From contig NW_025767431.1 of assembly GCF_003918875.1 (NCBI RefSeq), positions 372,001 through 436,000 on the forward strand: DNA of 64,000 bases. Reading direction: 5' to 3'. Positions 63,190 to 64,000 of the stretch are shown here, one piece after another. Source of the DNA: Haliotis rubra. Its lineage: Eukaryota. The notes below the pieces were generated by a model. That model saw nothing but the letters and a program-made list of their open reading frames with translations. It was not told where the DNA came from and ran no database searches. The position numbers and the translations under genes are program-made. Numbering within the stretch: the first letter of the stretch is position 1; each line of letters opens with the position of its first letter.

Positions 63190-64000
63190 TCATGGCTCTC
63201 TTGACTCTGGTATAGTACCTGACTGTTTCAAGCAGGCGCTCGTGACCCCATTACTCAAGAAATCTTCAGACCCGTATCAAACCTTCCATTTTCTTTCAAA
63301 AATAATGGAGAAAGTGGTCTTCCTGTCTTTGGACAAACAGGAAGTTGCTTTGTCTCTGTGAACCATTCCATTTTAATATTCCCGCTTCAAGCTTTGGTGT
63401 AGCAGGCACAGTCCTATCCTGGTTGGAATCTTTCTTTGACAAGAGATCTATGAGCGTACACATTGACGGAGTCTGTTCTGGTCATAAGGACCTGAAGCGT
63501 GGAGTTCCACAAGGATCTGTGCTGGGTTTGTCCTCTTTTCGATGTACATGCAGCCTCTAGGAAGAATAATTTGTCAGCATTCAATCAACTTCGACAGCTA
63601 TGCAGATGATCAGCAGTTGTATGTTGGCATAAAGCATAAAAGAATCCAGGATGGAGTCGATCAACTACAGATATGCATAAAGTGCATTCAGAACTGGATG
63701 TCAGCTAATTTTCTAAAGCTCAACAGTGATAAAACTGAGTCTATGGTCAGGAACGCCTGAACAGCTGAACGAAGTTGACAGTACCAGTCTGCTGGTAGGA
63801 ATATCTTCTGTGCTTCCTCAGTCAAGAATTTTGGAGTTGAAATTAACAAATGCATGCCAGGAATATCACAGGCACTCAAAACAGCAAGAACCGCTAATTG
63901 CAAGCTCCACACCATCGGTAGAATCCGAAAGTATTTGGATTCTGATACCTGCAAAATGTTTATTCATTCTTATGTCTCGTCCCATCTGGACTGTTGCAAC
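63190..64000 (+). mobile_element. CR1/L2-clade LINE RT remnant, running off the window
   Basis: SLDSGIVPDCFKQALVTPLLKK, GVPQGSVLG, YADDQQLY, WMSANFLKLNSDKTE. Confidence 0.85.

Overview
AT-rich, intron-containing animal genomic DNA. The SINE content and an invertebrate-type 5S fragment suggest a mollusc, possibly a gastropod such as abalone (inference). Manual splicing shows two gene systems that the ORF track only hints at. (1) About 1.5-22.5 kb: a cluster of four small single-pass membrane receptor genes carrying five TACI/BCMA/Grindelwald-type six-cysteine domains (TNFRSF13-like CRDs), three on the minus strand and one on the plus strand. One has a signal peptide, two CRDs, TRAF-like tail motifs and a kB/TATA/Kozak promoter; the other three appear to lack signal peptides. 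(2) About 24.6-61.8 kb: a ~17-19 kb tandem duplication, each unit holding a 7-exon alpha-arrestin (ARRDC-like) gene. Copy 2 has PPSY and an overlapping PSAPPQY late-domain-like motif. Copy 1 lacks all PPxY/PSAP motifs and its canonical ATG reads ATC. A 43-bp minisatellite sits at the duplication junction. The rest is dense repeat DNA: several SINE families, MITEs, Penelope-like remnants with hammerhead-ribozyme-like cores, L1/Tx1, R2/NeSL-like, CR1/L2, Tc1 and Crypton relics, a 27-bp minisatellite, and three N gaps. Gene models are manual and unverified by transcripts; repeat boundaries are approximate.
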